The notes beneath the pieces are model-generated. The model saw nothing but the letters and a program-made list of their open reading frames with translations, had not been told where the DNA came from and made no database searches. DNA of 64,000 nt from Octopus sinensis. Its lineage: Eukaryota. A program made the position numbers and the translations under genes. The DNA is taken from NCBI RefSeq assembly GCF_006345805.1, contig NC_043016.1, positions 13,020,001 to 13,084,000 of the forward strand. Reading direction: 5' to 3'. This document shows, in pieces, positions 37,264 through 51,002 of the stretch (positions are counted from its first letter, which is position 1; each line of letters begins with the position of its first letter).

Positions 37264-37751
37264 GACAGGCTTCTTTCAGTTTCCGTCTACCAAATCCACT
37301 CACAAGGCATTGGTCGGCCTGGGGCTATAGCAGAAGACACTTGCCCAAGGTGCCACGCAGTGAGACTGAACCCGGAACCATGTGGTTGGTAAGCAAGCTT
37401 GTATACCTGTGTGTGTTAAACAAGAGGATAGAGGGAGGATGTACACATAAGGTAGGCCAATGTGATTCAACTTATTCGAAGCTGAAACTTACACAATGTT
37501 TTTACTCTGAGCCTGTCAGTGACTATCTCCGGACTGATATTGATCTGAAGATCAATAGACATAAAAATTAAGGAATAATAATTTGTCAAGTCTTATATGA
37601 GGTCGACTTTGCCTTTCATCTTTTCGGGCTCGATAAGTAAAGTACCAGTTTCACACTGGGGTCAGTGTAATCGACTTAATCCGTTTGTCTGTCCTTGTTT
37701 GTCCTCTCTGTGTTTAGCCCCTTGTGGGTAGTAAAGAAATATATATATATA

Positions 37752-37962
37752 TACTCTTTACTCTTTTACTTGTTTCAGTCATTTGACTGCGGCCATGCTG
37801 GAGCACCGCCTTTAATCGAGCAACTCGACCCCGGGACTTATTCTTTTGTAAGCCCAGTACTTATTCTATCGGTCTATTTTGCCGAACCGCTAAGTGACGG
37901 GGACGTAAACACACCAGCATCGGTTGTCAAGCAATACTAGGGGGACAAACACAGACACACAA

Positions 37963-38007
<45 letters not shown>

Positions 38008-38165
38008 CATATATACGACAGGCTTCTTTCAGTTTCCGTCTACCAAATCCACTCACAAGCCTGGGGCTATAGTAGAAGACTCTTGCCCAAGGTGCTTGCT
38101 ATGCGGTGGGATGAAACTGAACCTGAAACCATGTGGTTTAGAAACAAACTCTTTAGCACATAACC
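37752..38165 (-). mobile_element. SINE family B
   Basis: Match to the family on the reverse strand. Confidence 0.85.
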
Positions 38166-38949
38166 ATATATGTGTGTGTGTTTGCTTGGTTTTTCTTCTT
38201 TCTTTCTGAGAGACACCCATACAGTTATTGGTGAAACACAAAAGTTAGCAGCCTATTCATTAGTCAGGTCTGCTATTCTATTGTAGCTGCTAATAGTTTT
38301 GTTTGTAACCAACTAATCGTTGTGGGCGGAGCTTCAGCCTATTCCTTGAGAAGAATAGTAGTTGTTTTTTTTTTACTCGCTCACTCTTTTGTACAATTCA
38401 ACAGCTCTCACACAACAAGCAAGATTGTGTTGGGGTGTTAGCAACTAAACTGTAGTAGCACAAGTGTTGTTTTCTCTCTCTCTCTCTCTCTCTCTCTCTG
38501 CTCTAAACTGTAATTGTAAGAACTTATTGCTTTCTGGAGAGGCTTTTGCACTCATAATTATTTGCTGTTTTTTTTTTTTTTTTTTACTTTTAATTTCAAT
38601 GTTAATTCAACGACACATTTACTCTGTTGGAACTTTTGGAAGTGGTTTATAATAATTCACCAAGAAGTTGTTGCTGTTTTACATTTTTTTTTTGGTGTGT
38701 TTTAAAAAAATCATGAATGTAAGTTGGAATATTATTTTACATATTATTTCATTGGTGTTTTTTCTTCTAAATCTTGAAAAAAAAAAAAGAAAGAAATGAA
38801 TGTTGTCTTCGAAATGAATGTTTTTAAAAAGAGGAAAATAACATATTTAATTATTACTCAGTGTTTGTTTGTCTAATTGTGAAATGTTTGCTCTACTTAG
38901 TTGCTAAATGTAACACATGATTTTTGCTAAATTTAACACAGCAGAGTAT

Positions 38950-39140
38950 TGTGTGTGTGTGTGATGAATGTGTGTGTGTGTGTGTGTATGTCCGTGTATA
39001 TGAATATATATGTGTATGTATAAATGTATATATATATATGTGTATGTATGTGTGTATAAATGTATATATATATATGTGTATGTATGTGTGTATAAATGTA
39101 TATATAGATATGTATATGTGTATGTATGTGTGTATAAATG

Positions 39141-39180
<40 letters not shown>

Positions 39181-39309
39181 TTATACACACACATGTATAT
39201 ATATATACATCTATACACACACATACATGTATACATATATGTATATATACATGTGTGTGTATAAATGTATATATATGTATATATATGTATATATGTGTGT
39301 ATATAAATG

Positions 39310-39340
<31 letters not shown>

Positions 39341-39380
39341 ATATATGTGTGTGTATGATATGAGTATAGATATATATATA
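38950..39380. repeat. Compound TG/TA microsatellite
   Basis: Seen directly. Confidence 0.9.
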
Positions 39381-39917
39381 ATGTGCGTATTTCAAAAACT
39401 TCTATCAGCTGAAATTTCCCCTGCCATACACACATACACACACCTTATGTAGAAGACTCCGTGAGGTGTTTTCCTTTTGTGCTACTGTTTGTGTGTGTGC
39501 ACACACACACACACACACATCTCAAATCTTGGTAATTAATAAGAATTTTAATTTAAGAATTTTATTTCTGATTTATAATACTTCTCTCGTCCTCTCTCTC
39601 TCTTTCTCTGACATTATCTTTGCTAACATTTGTTTACATAAGTGATTCTTATGAATGACTTCCTTCATACTATATCAAAATGAAAGTACGTATTAAAAAT
39701 GTTGCCATGATTATTTTTTTTCTTCTTCATTGATAGTCAATAAATGCCGTTTTATACGATACCATTTACTAATTTCCACTGGTTTGGATTTTGTCGATGT
39801 GTCAACTTTGCAGCCTGTCCCTCTTGTTGCTATTAAAATGTTAGAATATACCGGCTTATGTTGGGAAGGAAGCAATTACTTCCGCTCCCAACAAATTTGT
39901 AGTCTTGTATGAATCAT

Positions 39918-40085
39918 CAGGACCAGCCCTAGAGTTGCTGGCGCCCCAGACCAGCTGAAGATCGGTATATACAAGCTGAGACAATCCTGGAAATTTCCTT
40001 GTCTTTGTCACACCCTCCTTGGCACTCCCTAGCACAGGGTGCCCCAGGCAACTGCCCGAGTTGCCAGTACCTTGAGCCGACCCTG
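39918..40085. mobile_element. hAT-type MITE
   Basis: GC-rich termini CAGGACCAGC / GCCGACCCTG; 8-bp TSD TGAATCAT / AGAATCAT. Confidence 0.7.
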
Positions 40086-40226
40086 AGAATCATTATTTAC
40101 CCTTCACAGGGCTTCTTTGTCCAATAGTTCAGAAATCTATTTTAAAACCTTTTATTTTTATAATTACTGATGGCTGTACACTGTCTATCATTCATTTACT
40201 AAAACTAAAACTGCTATTAGCTGTTC

Positions 40227-40259
<33 letters not shown>

Positions 40260-41084
40260 TGTGTTTGTGTTTGTGTGTGTTTCTGTTTCTGTTTCTGTTT
40301 CTCACTCCCCGATATTCAGAAGTAATTATTAAACAGTTATCATTCATTATTGCTCTCTGCATTCATCATTTATTTTTACTATCTACATTCACAAAAAAAT
40401 TACATTTAGATCTGGCGGAAGTTCTTACTGAAACTGGTTATTTCCATGGCTATGCATTAATCATTATTTATTTACTTTTCATTTTGAAAGTCTGATAAAG
40501 TTTCTTACCTTTCATGTAATTTATGTTAGAGTTGTTAACGTACATGAATTCCACATGGACAGAATTCAACAATCCAATCTCTGTGTAATTTAATAATGTC
40601 ACAGTGGAATGCTTCAGTTTAGAAACAAGTGTCAATTGTTAAACTAAAGTAGGAGAAAAATGTAAAACAATGCTTTCTAGTGATATCACTTTAGAGTTCA
40701 TAATTATAACCAGGAGGTAATGGATGCTATTATCTCTTCCTATATGTACTCTAATATTGATATATTATCTTTGATATATTCGAAAATGTTTGATTGTATT
40801 TTGATAAATTTTACAAAGTAGCTAAAAAGCCCAGTTAGAATTTTGTGTTTTGTTTCCTCCTGTTGATGTTTATATGAATAATTAATTATTTAACCCAAAT
40901 TAACAGAACTGTAAAATTTGCTATGTGGGAGTTCTCTTATGTTCTAAGTTCAAATCTCGCTTGTGGGAACTTTGTTGTCCTTCTGTTCATGATTAAGTGA
41001 CCTGCCAATCAAGTACTAAGGTCGAGTTAATCAACCATGCCCTTCCTCCTTCAAAGATTAAAATATTGTGTTAATGTTTTACAC

Positions 41085-41421
41085 CAGGAGTTCTCAGCCA
41101 TTTTTTTTTATCTATGGACCCCTTTGATTACTATTCTATTCTAGTGGAAACCCCCCACCCCCACCCCCATTGCCATTTCAGTGTTTAAAAACTAGTTTTA
41201 TAGATACTTCTTTCAGAATTCTTACCTTGATTTTTCACACATTAACTTGTGTAAGTTGAACCACCATGTAAAATGTTAGAGAATGAAACCCAGCTGTTTC
41301 TTGTAATAATACATATATCTAAAGCAAAATATTTTCAGGAGCCCTTAAAATACTGTTGTGGATCCCCAAAAATCTTATATGGACCCTCAGAGGCCGTGTG
41401 GACCCCAGTTGAGAACCACTG
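41085..41421. mobile_element. hAT/Charlie-type MITE
   Basis: TIRs CAGGAGTTCTCA / TGAGAACCACTG; degenerate 8-bp TSD TTTTACAC / TTTTAAAT. Confidence 0.65.
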
Positions 41422-41499
41422 TTTTAAATCATGGGTGCTGATAACATTGTGTTTGTATTTGAACTTCCATCTGCTGACAATATTTTCTGCTTAGAGCAG

Positions 41500-42330
41500 T
41501 CAGTATATTATGACTGATGAGGTGGAACCATACCTCTCTCCAGGATCTGTTATTTGCAGAGAGAGACTCCTGGGTAGTGAACATTGTTCGTCAGATACGT
41601 TTTCCCATTGTCTCTTGATGGAGCAGCAGTTCTGAGTCAAATGCAGACCAAGCTGGGGCATTTGGCATCTGAAATTTCATCTGGTATTCACAACTCCAGT
41701 CAGATTTATGCAGCTGATAGAACTTCCACATTAGGACTGGTAGTGGACAAAATAGATAATGTCCTTTGGGAAACTCTAGGTGTTGAGATTCAAATGGCTG
41801 GTTGGCTCTTTTAACCTACGGACTGTGATTAACTTCCAGAAACCCTTGTCTTGGCAGTGCTACCAAAAACTATTGCCAGTTCAGGACAAACTCTACAGAC
41901 ACAGAAATTCTTTCATGTCCAAGATGTACGCAGTGCAATGAAACTGAATGAGTGTTCTGGACTAATTTGTTGAGTGTGTGAGTGTTGCTGAGTTGTGTGG
42001 AGTGTTGATGAACCATTGTTATTGTATTTGAGATGGATCTGGCCATCATCCATATCCATTATGAAGCTTTACTTCCTTTTGAATGGACAGGAAGCTTTCT
42101 TATACCTGGTGGCTGTGACAAATGAAGTTGTTTGGTAGGTATGACTGAAAAAAACTGAGGAGAGCTTTCTTCTTCCACCAAGTTCTTTTTGACTTTTCCA
42201 AGTCCTGCCTAGAGAGGAAGTGAAAGTGAAGATGGCAGGGATGATGCTATCTTCCATTGAATTTGTTGAAAGGTGGACAAGAGTGATGGTTATGGCCTGA
42301 GCATGGGGGTAAAAGTACTTAACATTCGTT
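41500..42330 (+). pseudogene. L1/Tx1-clade LINE 3-prime remnant (zf-RVT region)
   Basis: LSWQCYQKLLPVQDKLYRHR, SCPRCTQCNET, YLVAVTNEVVW and MLSSIEFVERWTRV, with stops and frameshifts. Confidence 0.7.
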
Positions 42331-43639
42331 GCCAGAGTATTTAGAAATATGTGCATATCTTTAATTGACTAAAGATAACTGTTCTTTTCTTGGAATCTCA
42401 TGATTTTTTGTTTATCCAGTTTCAATCTAAACCCCATAGTTTTATAACCTGTCCCTCTAATATCCCCTTATCCATAACCCTTCTCCCCTTGCTTTTAAGA
42501 TGTACGGATCAAGCCCTTTAATTTAGAATACTTGCAAATCAATATATGTTTCCATTTTTAATGTTATATTCCATTGCTGTGGAATAACTTAAAGGAAATA
42601 GTTTTCATCATTTAGCTGAAATGTATTGCCTTATAACATGAAAGTAATATTTATATCTAAGTAAACAAGAACCAATTTTGTTAGTTGTATATTTGAATTA
42701 AAAAGTTATATAAATGTTGATCACTCAGGACAGAATTCTTGTAAAATTCCATTTATGAGTTTTGCCAGCTTTGCTTATAGTAACAGCTATTAAACTAGGA
42801 ATGATGAATTGATGTTATTGTTTAACCCAAGCTCTATCCTAATCAAGTAGACCTTATAATCAAAGGCAGTCCAAAAATGACCATCCCAAATTTATTCTCA
42901 AGCAGTTGTGATCAGGAACACATTATCCAGTGTAAACTTTTTAAAATCAATGGGATGTGATTTTGAGAAAGACCAGACTATTATTCCTTGTGGATCAACA
43001 GATCGCTGATTGTCTCTTTCTCTCTCTTGTTACTTTGGATGAATGAATGCGTATCTTAATAATACATCAATTTTAAATTTTGGCACAAGGCCAGAAATGT
43101 TGGGGGGAGGTGGTAAGTTGATTACATCAACCCCCAGTACTCAACTGGTACTTATTTTATCAACCTTGGCAGAACTTGAACTCAGAACATAAAGATGGAC
43201 AAAATACTGCCTAGCATTTTTTCCTGGCGTGTTAACACTTCTTCCTACTTGCCACCTTTATATTCTTAAATATGTATTAAAAATCTTTATATATTATTAG
43301 ATTTTTCTCTTTGAATAAATTTTCAAAATTTGAATATAAAATTGATATTGGTTTATGACTGGTCTTAATAAAACAATCGCTGTCACTATTGAATTGGCCT
43401 GTGTAAAATTTGCTTACAAATGGCTATATAATTGACCAAAGAGGTTCCTGGGTGAGCCTTTAATTATCTGAAATCAGACAGTTGTTATTAATGATATCAT
43501 ATTAAATAGCTGCTGTTTATTTCTTTTCAAATAAATCAACAAGTTGCAATTAAGAGATATTGTCTGAGCTTAGAACTATATTTAGTGGTGCAAGAACCGT
43601 TTCGTTGGCCTCTCCCCCTCCTTGCTTGTATATGCATAT

Positions 43640-43671
<32 letters not shown>

Positions 43672-43925
43672 CATTTCTGTGATAGTTTGTCATGCATTAT
43701 ACGTTACCAAACTGCATGTTCTGCTCTTTAGTTTGGTTATATATTACAAAATTCCTCATGAAATATATGTTTACTACTGTGTAAACAATAATATATATAG
43801 TGTCAACACCCTTTGACAAGGTTGCAAAAGCAACGAAAAAATATAAATAATAAATAAATGGAAATCTAATCAGTGAGTGTGTTAGATAATAAGGCATTAA
43901 GAGAATATGACTGTCCCCAGACATG

Positions 43926-44005
<80 letters not shown>

Positions 44006-44989
44006 AATGTAAAAGAAGTACTGATGCTGATGCCATGTAAAAAAAAACACCCAGTGTACTCTTTAAAGTGGGTGCTGTTAGGAAGCCTGGGAAGCCTAAT
44101 GTGGTCTCTGGTCTTACCAGCTCTGGTCAAACTGACCAACCCATGCCAGCATGGAAAACATATATTAAATGACATCACACACACACTGCTAAACCCAAAA
44201 GCAATAACTATGAAAGCTGAAGCATATTAATTAGTTTTAATTAATTAGAATTAAGTTAATGCATCAGATTAACTTCTTTTTTTTTTTTTTGTGGTCCCAT
44301 ACACAAACGAGCTGTCGGTGTGCTGGCTTTTGTTTCAGTAGACTTTCTGGATGAAATGAATTATGGAAAGCAGATAGTTCTCCGTAGTTTTGTTCTGCGT
44401 AATGGGATATTTATAATCTTTGCATTCATAACTAGCAGGATGTTGGTTGGCATAGTTGCACTGCCAAGATCAGTATCATCACTTAGTCAGTGGTCAGTGT
44501 TATTTATTTACTTATAACAATGATGATGATAATATCATCATCATCATTATTGCATTTCCAAATCAATACATTACACTGGATACCATGGCAGCATGTCCTC
44601 ACACAGTCTCTCTCTCTCTCTCTGACGCACACACATACTCACTCTCTCCTTCTCTATATCCTTGGAACATCATTATTATGCCATTTATCCTTCACTAGCT
44701 TGTAGCCAATTGAAACTTACATTTGACTTATTTTACAAATATTAAGAGCTGTGCAGTGTGGGTGGAAAAGTCTAGAAGTTATTCCATTCAGCGTTGTTGT
44801 CTTGTTGTCTTGTAGACTTGTAACTTGGCGCTTGCAATAATGATTTTTCAAGATAGGTTTTCATGGAAGGCAGTGGATATTTCTAAATTTATGACAACTC
44901 ATTCATTCATATAATTAGATAAAAGAACGAGAGTTGGAGTGAGAGGAAACGGATTTATTGGTAAAACATTATGCTGTCTTCAACACCAC

Positions 44990-45540
44990 CACCACCACTG
45001 CCACCATCACCGCCACCATTAAAACTACCACTGCCACAATCATTGCTGTTGCCACCACAGCTGCAACTACCACCACCATCACCACTACCAACAACAACAT
45101 CACTACCACAACCCTCGCCACCACCACCAGCACCACTACCGCTTCAACAATCATTGCTGCTGCCACCACCACAACAACCATCACCACCACCACAACAACC
45201 ATCACCACCACCACCAACAACAACAACACTACCACAACCCTCACCACCACTACCACCATCACACTGCAACCACCATCACCACAGCCGCCTCCGCAACTTC
45301 CATCACCACCACCACCACCACCACCACCATCACACTGCAACCACCATCACCACAGCCGCCTCCGCAACCTCCATCACCACCACCACCACCACCACCACAA
45401 TTATTGCTGCTGCCACCACCACACTGCAACCACCATCACCACAGCCGCCGCCACCGCTGCCACCACCACCACCACCACTACCACCACCACCACCCATTCT
45501 CACATCACTGACACGATTGTTCCTTCCTTCCACCACAACC
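44990..45540. repeat. Degenerate (CAC/CAA)n low-complexity tract with an internal triplicated block
   Basis: CACACTGCAACCACCATCACCACAGCCGCC occurs three times (near 45261, 45331 and 45420). Confidence 0.9.
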
Positions 45541-46070
45541 AACATAAACTACCATTACAGTTTAATTTTCCCCCTCCATTCTCTCTCTCTCTCTCCAGAA
45601 TTATAATCGACCATTTTAAAAAGTGAAGGACACATTGGGTGATGTAATTGTAGACGTACATCTGTTTTGAAAAAAAATGGAACAGTCATGGTTGGAATGT
45701 CTTTGATCAATGAGATACTCAATCAAAGCTGACATGAGGTGGGTGTATTAGTGGTGGTAGGGGCTAAAACAACACTGTCACTATCATTATAATCATTAAT
45801 TACTATCTTGGTCTTCCGCTGGGCCGTATGTTGTCAAGGGGCTTCCTTCCCAACCATGTGGTCTTGGGTTCAGTCCCCCTGCATGGCACCGTGGGCAAGT
45901 GTTTCCTCTTATAGCCCCATGCAACCAAAGCCTTGTGAGTGGATTCAGTAGACAGTCCCAATGTGTGGCACTTTGGGCAGGTGTCTTCTACTATAGCCCC
46001 AGGCCAGCCAAAGCCTTGTGATCAGATTTGGTAGACAAAACTGGGGAAAAGGCTTTTGTGTATGTGTATA

Positions 46071-46380
46071 TCACCGTGATCACCGTGACCGACCAGGCTA
46101 TCAGATGTTGCTACACATCGCTGGTCACAATGCATTTCACATTGCTTTAGCCTTCAAATGACGCCACCCCGCTGGCTAAGCGAGCAGGCCAACAGAAGAA
46201 AGAGTGAGAGAAAGTTGTGGCGAAAGGGTACAGCAGGGATCGCCACCACCCCCTGCCGGAGCCTCGTGGAGCTTTCGGTGTTTTCGCTCAATAAACACTA
46301 ACAACGCCCCGTCTGGGAATCGAAACCGCGATCCTACAACTGCGAGTCCGCTACCCTAGCCACTGGGCCATTGCGCCTCC
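46071..46380 (-). mobile_element. tRNA-derived SINE (same family as 9741-10050) nested in a family B SINE
   Basis: Reverse complement of 9741-10050; 11-bp TSD GTATGTGTATA at 46060-46070 and 46381-46391. Confidence 0.85.
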
Positions 46381-47339
46381 GTATGTGTATATTTGTATGT
46401 AAAATGTGTGTATGCGTTTATATGTTGGTATCTTTGTGTGTATTGCATTTATTACCTTCCTGACTTGACAACCGGTTTTGGTTTGTTAATTCCCTTTTAA
46501 CTTAGTGTTTGGTAAAGAGACTGATAGAAGAAGTCCCAGACTTTAAAGAAAACAAAAGGACTGGGGATGGTTTGTCTGACTAAACCCTTGAAGGTGATAC
46601 CCCAGCATCACTGCAGTCTTTGCTTCCTTATTGTCATCATCGTTGCCACTGCCTCCACTCACAACAATTATTGTGCGATTGCTTGACCTGTTAGAAGCAG
46701 TTACAATATTTTCTGCAAAACCATCTAATTACAGTCTTAGGAAAGTAAAATGCTCATTAGAAAATGTCCTTTGTAAACCGCCCCCCATTAAGACTAGATG
46801 GTCTGGGTGGAATGCATTTGATCAGAGGCCTGCCTAATCAAAGATGACCTAGGACTAAACAGCAGAAATATATTATTGTTGTCATCACCATCTTTATAGT
46901 CGCTAATGTCATTGTTGATGTCATCACCATAACCGTTTAATATTCAGATTACCCTCTCAAATCTAAAGCTTATTTATTCACAGAAGCAAACTGGCAAATT
47001 GGCAGAATCGTTAGCACACCTGATAAAATGCTTAGCAGCATTTCATTCATCTCCACATTCTGAGTTCAAATTCTGCCGAGGTCACTTTACCTTTCACCTA
47101 TTGGGGCATTTGTGAAATAAGTACCATTTAAACATTGGGGGGTCGATGTAATTGACTAACCCCCTTGCCACCAAATTTGGTAGAAAGAATTCACATTTTT
47201 ATAAAAATAATTCATGCATTGTCTCCTGATATGATTGTTTATTTTTAGAATGACATTGTAAGATAGGTATGAGAGGTAGGATCTGACTGATTTCAATATA
47301 AAAACAGGTAGAATATTTGGGTCGGATATGGTTGTTTAA

Positions 47340-47560
47340 CCCTTTTGATACCAACCCGGCTGAAACCGCCTCTGGCTCTGAGTACAAATGTCTTATTTTC
47401 AAAAGTTTTGAATTAAAATCTTCCACCAAACCTTAGTCACAATTTATGTTCCTAACACTAGCTTAATGATAACTAAGTTATTTCACTAAATTCTTTGTTA
47501 TATTTAAAATTAATTGAAAGAAACACAGAGCATTTCAAAATAAATACAGTGACGAAAGGG
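47340..47560. mobile_element. piggyBac-type MITE, second copy
   Basis: TTAA|CCCTTT...GAAAGGG|TTAG; internal sequence closely matches 984-1205. Confidence 0.8.
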
Positions 47561-47779
47561 TTAGAATATATAATAGAGAAACAATTCTTAATCCTTTCGT
47601 TGATCTGTTTATTCTGTTAGTTGTTACAATCATTCTAGTTTCTAACTTCATCACCTTCTGTGCTGATATTGTCTTAGTCATTAACCATTGCCATTACTGT
47701 TTTTATTCACATTCGGCTTCACCACTCACCTCCATTCATTGCTATCATTGTTGATTGTCTTTATTTCAATGGTCATTTT

Positions 47780-48300
47780 TTGTTAGCTTTGCATTTCTCT
47801 TGTCAGTGGCATATATAGTCATTACCAGAATGTCATTACCACTATGAATATCATTATCATTGTCCTTTCCACTGTTATTACTATTGTCATTGTCTCCTGT
47901 TATTGTCATTGCTATTGCCATTGACCTTGCTGTATACATTACTGATGTTGTTGTCATTACTAATGTCATTGCCATCATTACTGATGTTGTTGCCATCATT
48001 ACCAGTGACATCATTACTACTGATGTTGTTATTGTCATCATTGCTCTTACATTAACAATTCAAATGGCATTGCTGTCATCACTAGCCTCCTCCCCATCGT
48101 TGCACCTGCCATAGTTTCCATTGCCATCATTACCATCATCAGTTATCATTATCATCATCAACACCACTATCATTCCATCAACCGTTACCACTGTCATCAC
48201 ATTCTTCATTATAACCTCTTGGTAATCATCGTTGTCATCATCGCCATCATCATCATCATCATGTTTTTCTCAACATTCATCATCACTACCATCATAATAG
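47780..48300. repeat. Degenerate (CAT/TGT) trinucleotide low-complexity tract
   Basis: Seen directly. Confidence 0.8.
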
Positions 48301-50969
48301 CCTACCTCTTCCTCCTCCCCACTTCCCCTCCCTCCTCATCCTCCCCCTCCCCCCTCTATACAACCAGTTACATTATTTATGCTCTCTGACGAAAACTTCA
48401 ATAGGATCAGAATAAGCTGTATGTTCTTACAATTTATAAAGTTCATATATTTAGAAAAAAAAAAATTTATTTAAAAAAAAATTTTTTCCTTCAAAAGAAT
48501 TTCTTTTCCTCTCTTTTGACAAACATTTTGTTAGACATAGGCATGGCTATGTGGTTAAGAGGGTCGTTTTGCAACCATTTGGTTTCAAGTTAAGTCCCAC
48601 TGCTTGGCACCTTGGGCAAGTGTATTCTACCATAGCCTTGGGTCAACCAATGCCTTGTAAGTAAATTTGGTAGATGGAAACTGCGTGGGAACATGTTATG
48701 TGTCTTTGAATCTGTGTTTGTTCTCTTCCTAGTTTGATGAGTGAAGTTTGGTTTGGTGGTATTCCCTTAACTTAGTGGTTTGGCAAAAGGAGATTGATAG
48801 AATACATATCGGATTTTAGAAAAATGAATACCAGTATCTTCAGTGTGGTGCCCCAGCATGGCCACAGTCAAATGACAGATGCAAGTAAATGACTAAAGGA
48901 TTTTGTTTTCAGTGTTATCTTTTATCTTTTACTTGTCTCAGTCATTGGATTGTGACCATGCTGGGGCACCACCTTGAAGGGTTTTTATTCAAATGAATCA
49001 ACCCCAATTCTTATTTTTTAAGCCTGGTACTTATTCTATTAATCTCTTTTGTTGAACTGCTAAGCTACAGGAATGCAAACACACCAACACTGGTTGTCAA
49101 ATAGTGGTGGAAAGACAAAGAAACACATACACATGTATATATATATATATATACACACAAGAATGGATTAGTTGTTCAGTACAATTGTTTCATACGAAGA
49201 ACAGCTTTATTAAAAGGTGCAAATATTGCAGCAAATACAAGTGTCCCGTATTCATCAGCCAAAACACATTTATTTATATATATATATATATATCATCATC
49301 ATCATCATCATCGTTTAGCGTCCGTTTTCCATGCTAGCATGGGTTGGACAGGTCAACTGGGGTCTGTGAAGCTGGAAGGCTTCGTCAGGCCCAGTCAGAT
49401 CTGGCAGTGTTTCTACGGCTGGATGCCCTTCCTAACGCCAACCACTGTGTGTGTGTATATATATACACACACACACATACACACACAAAAGGTTTCTTTC
49501 AGTTTCCGTCTTTCAAATCGACTTACGAGGCTTTGTTTGACCCAGGGTCATAGAAGAAACTTGCTGAAGGTGCTAAGTAGTAGGACTGAACCCTGAACCA
49601 TGTGATTGGGAAACAAACTTCTTACCACACAGCCATGCCTTGATTATGTTACTCTTGATTATTTTCTTTTTTGTTGTTGAATTTTTTTTTTGTGTGTGTG
49701 AGTGAGTATGTGTGTGTGGTGGGGGAATCTAAATCATGCACTTAAAAAAAAAAAAAAACGTAAAATGAAAACTTTTGATGGCTATCATAAAACAGGGCGA
49801 TTCATATTCTATTAATAATCTACTGTTTGATGCCAATCCCATGGAGCAACCACATCTGCTGCGCAAAAGAATGGGGAGGAGGAGGAGAAAAAGTGAAAAG
49901 TTTTATTTTCAAATGTGACGTTTGGAGAAGGCAGTGTGACAAAAGAGCTTTTGGTGTTTAGTCTGAGGTTAGTGCTGACCGGTCAAGCAGACCTATTGAT
50001 AATCACTAATGCTCCAATGACTACATTATCCAATGTGTGGCTTTTTTTTGTTGTTGTTGTAAGAGGGTAAAGTGTGATTTTTTTTAAAGGATAATCTGGT
50101 TATTTCTAGCAAATGGATCAACCAAGTAGTAGGTCACAGAGTATTGGGTGTGGCTGTGTGGTAAGAAGCTTGCTTCTCAATCTTCAGGCCTGCTGCATGG
50201 CACCTTGGGCAAGTGTCTTTTTCTATAGCCTCGGGCTGACCAAAAGCCTTGTGAGTGGATTTGGTAGACGGAAACTGGAAGAAGCCCTGTGTGTGTGCAT
50301 GTATGTGTATATCTGTGTATCTGTGTTTGTCTTCCCACCACTTGACAACTGGTGTTGGTATGTTTATGTCCCCATAACTTAGCAGTTTAGCAAAAGCAAT
50401 CGATAGAACACATACCAAGCTTTAAAAGGGCAGTACTGGATTTGGTTCATTTAATTAAATCCCTTCAAGGCAGTGCACCAGCATGGCCGCAGTCAAATGA
50501 CTGGAACAAGTGGAAAACAGAAAGATAAAACTAAATATATTTGTTCCTTGTTGTTGTAAGTTTCAATCCCACCTGGGTTAATTTTAATATTTCATCATTT
50601 TGGCTGTTGAAGAGCTAAGTACCAGTCAAGTGCAGGAGAAGTCTGTACTAACCAATTATATCCAACCACTTACAAAGCAGGCAGGAAAAACAAATGGGCC
50701 CTGTGCTTAAGTAATATAACCGTAGTTCTATAGTTTCTATTGATGAGTAAAGAATATTGAGGAAGCTCCGTTTTTGTAAATTGCCCCACCCTCACTCCTG
50801 CTACCTACCTTGCCGCAGAGAAACCTTGTTTAGTTTTATTTCTCATTTGTGTGTGAACGTGTATATTTGTGTGTTCATGTATGCATTTATTAATGTAGTC
50901 TGAGTTTGGAAAGTGATAAAGGAGACAAAAAGTGCTACTTGATATACGGTTAATTGTGTTTGTTTTACA

Positions 50970-51002
<33 letters not shown>

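Noticed and set aside
39859-39893. Small hairpin TGTTGGGA-A-GGAAG...CTTCC-GC-TCCCAACA
   Set aside because: Too short for a pre-miRNA and does not extend.
44958-45626. 222-aa Thr-rich, mucin-like ORF and overlapping Pro-rich ORF
   Set aside because: Produced by a stop-free CAC/CAA microsatellite; several frames on both strands are open; no splice or domain support.
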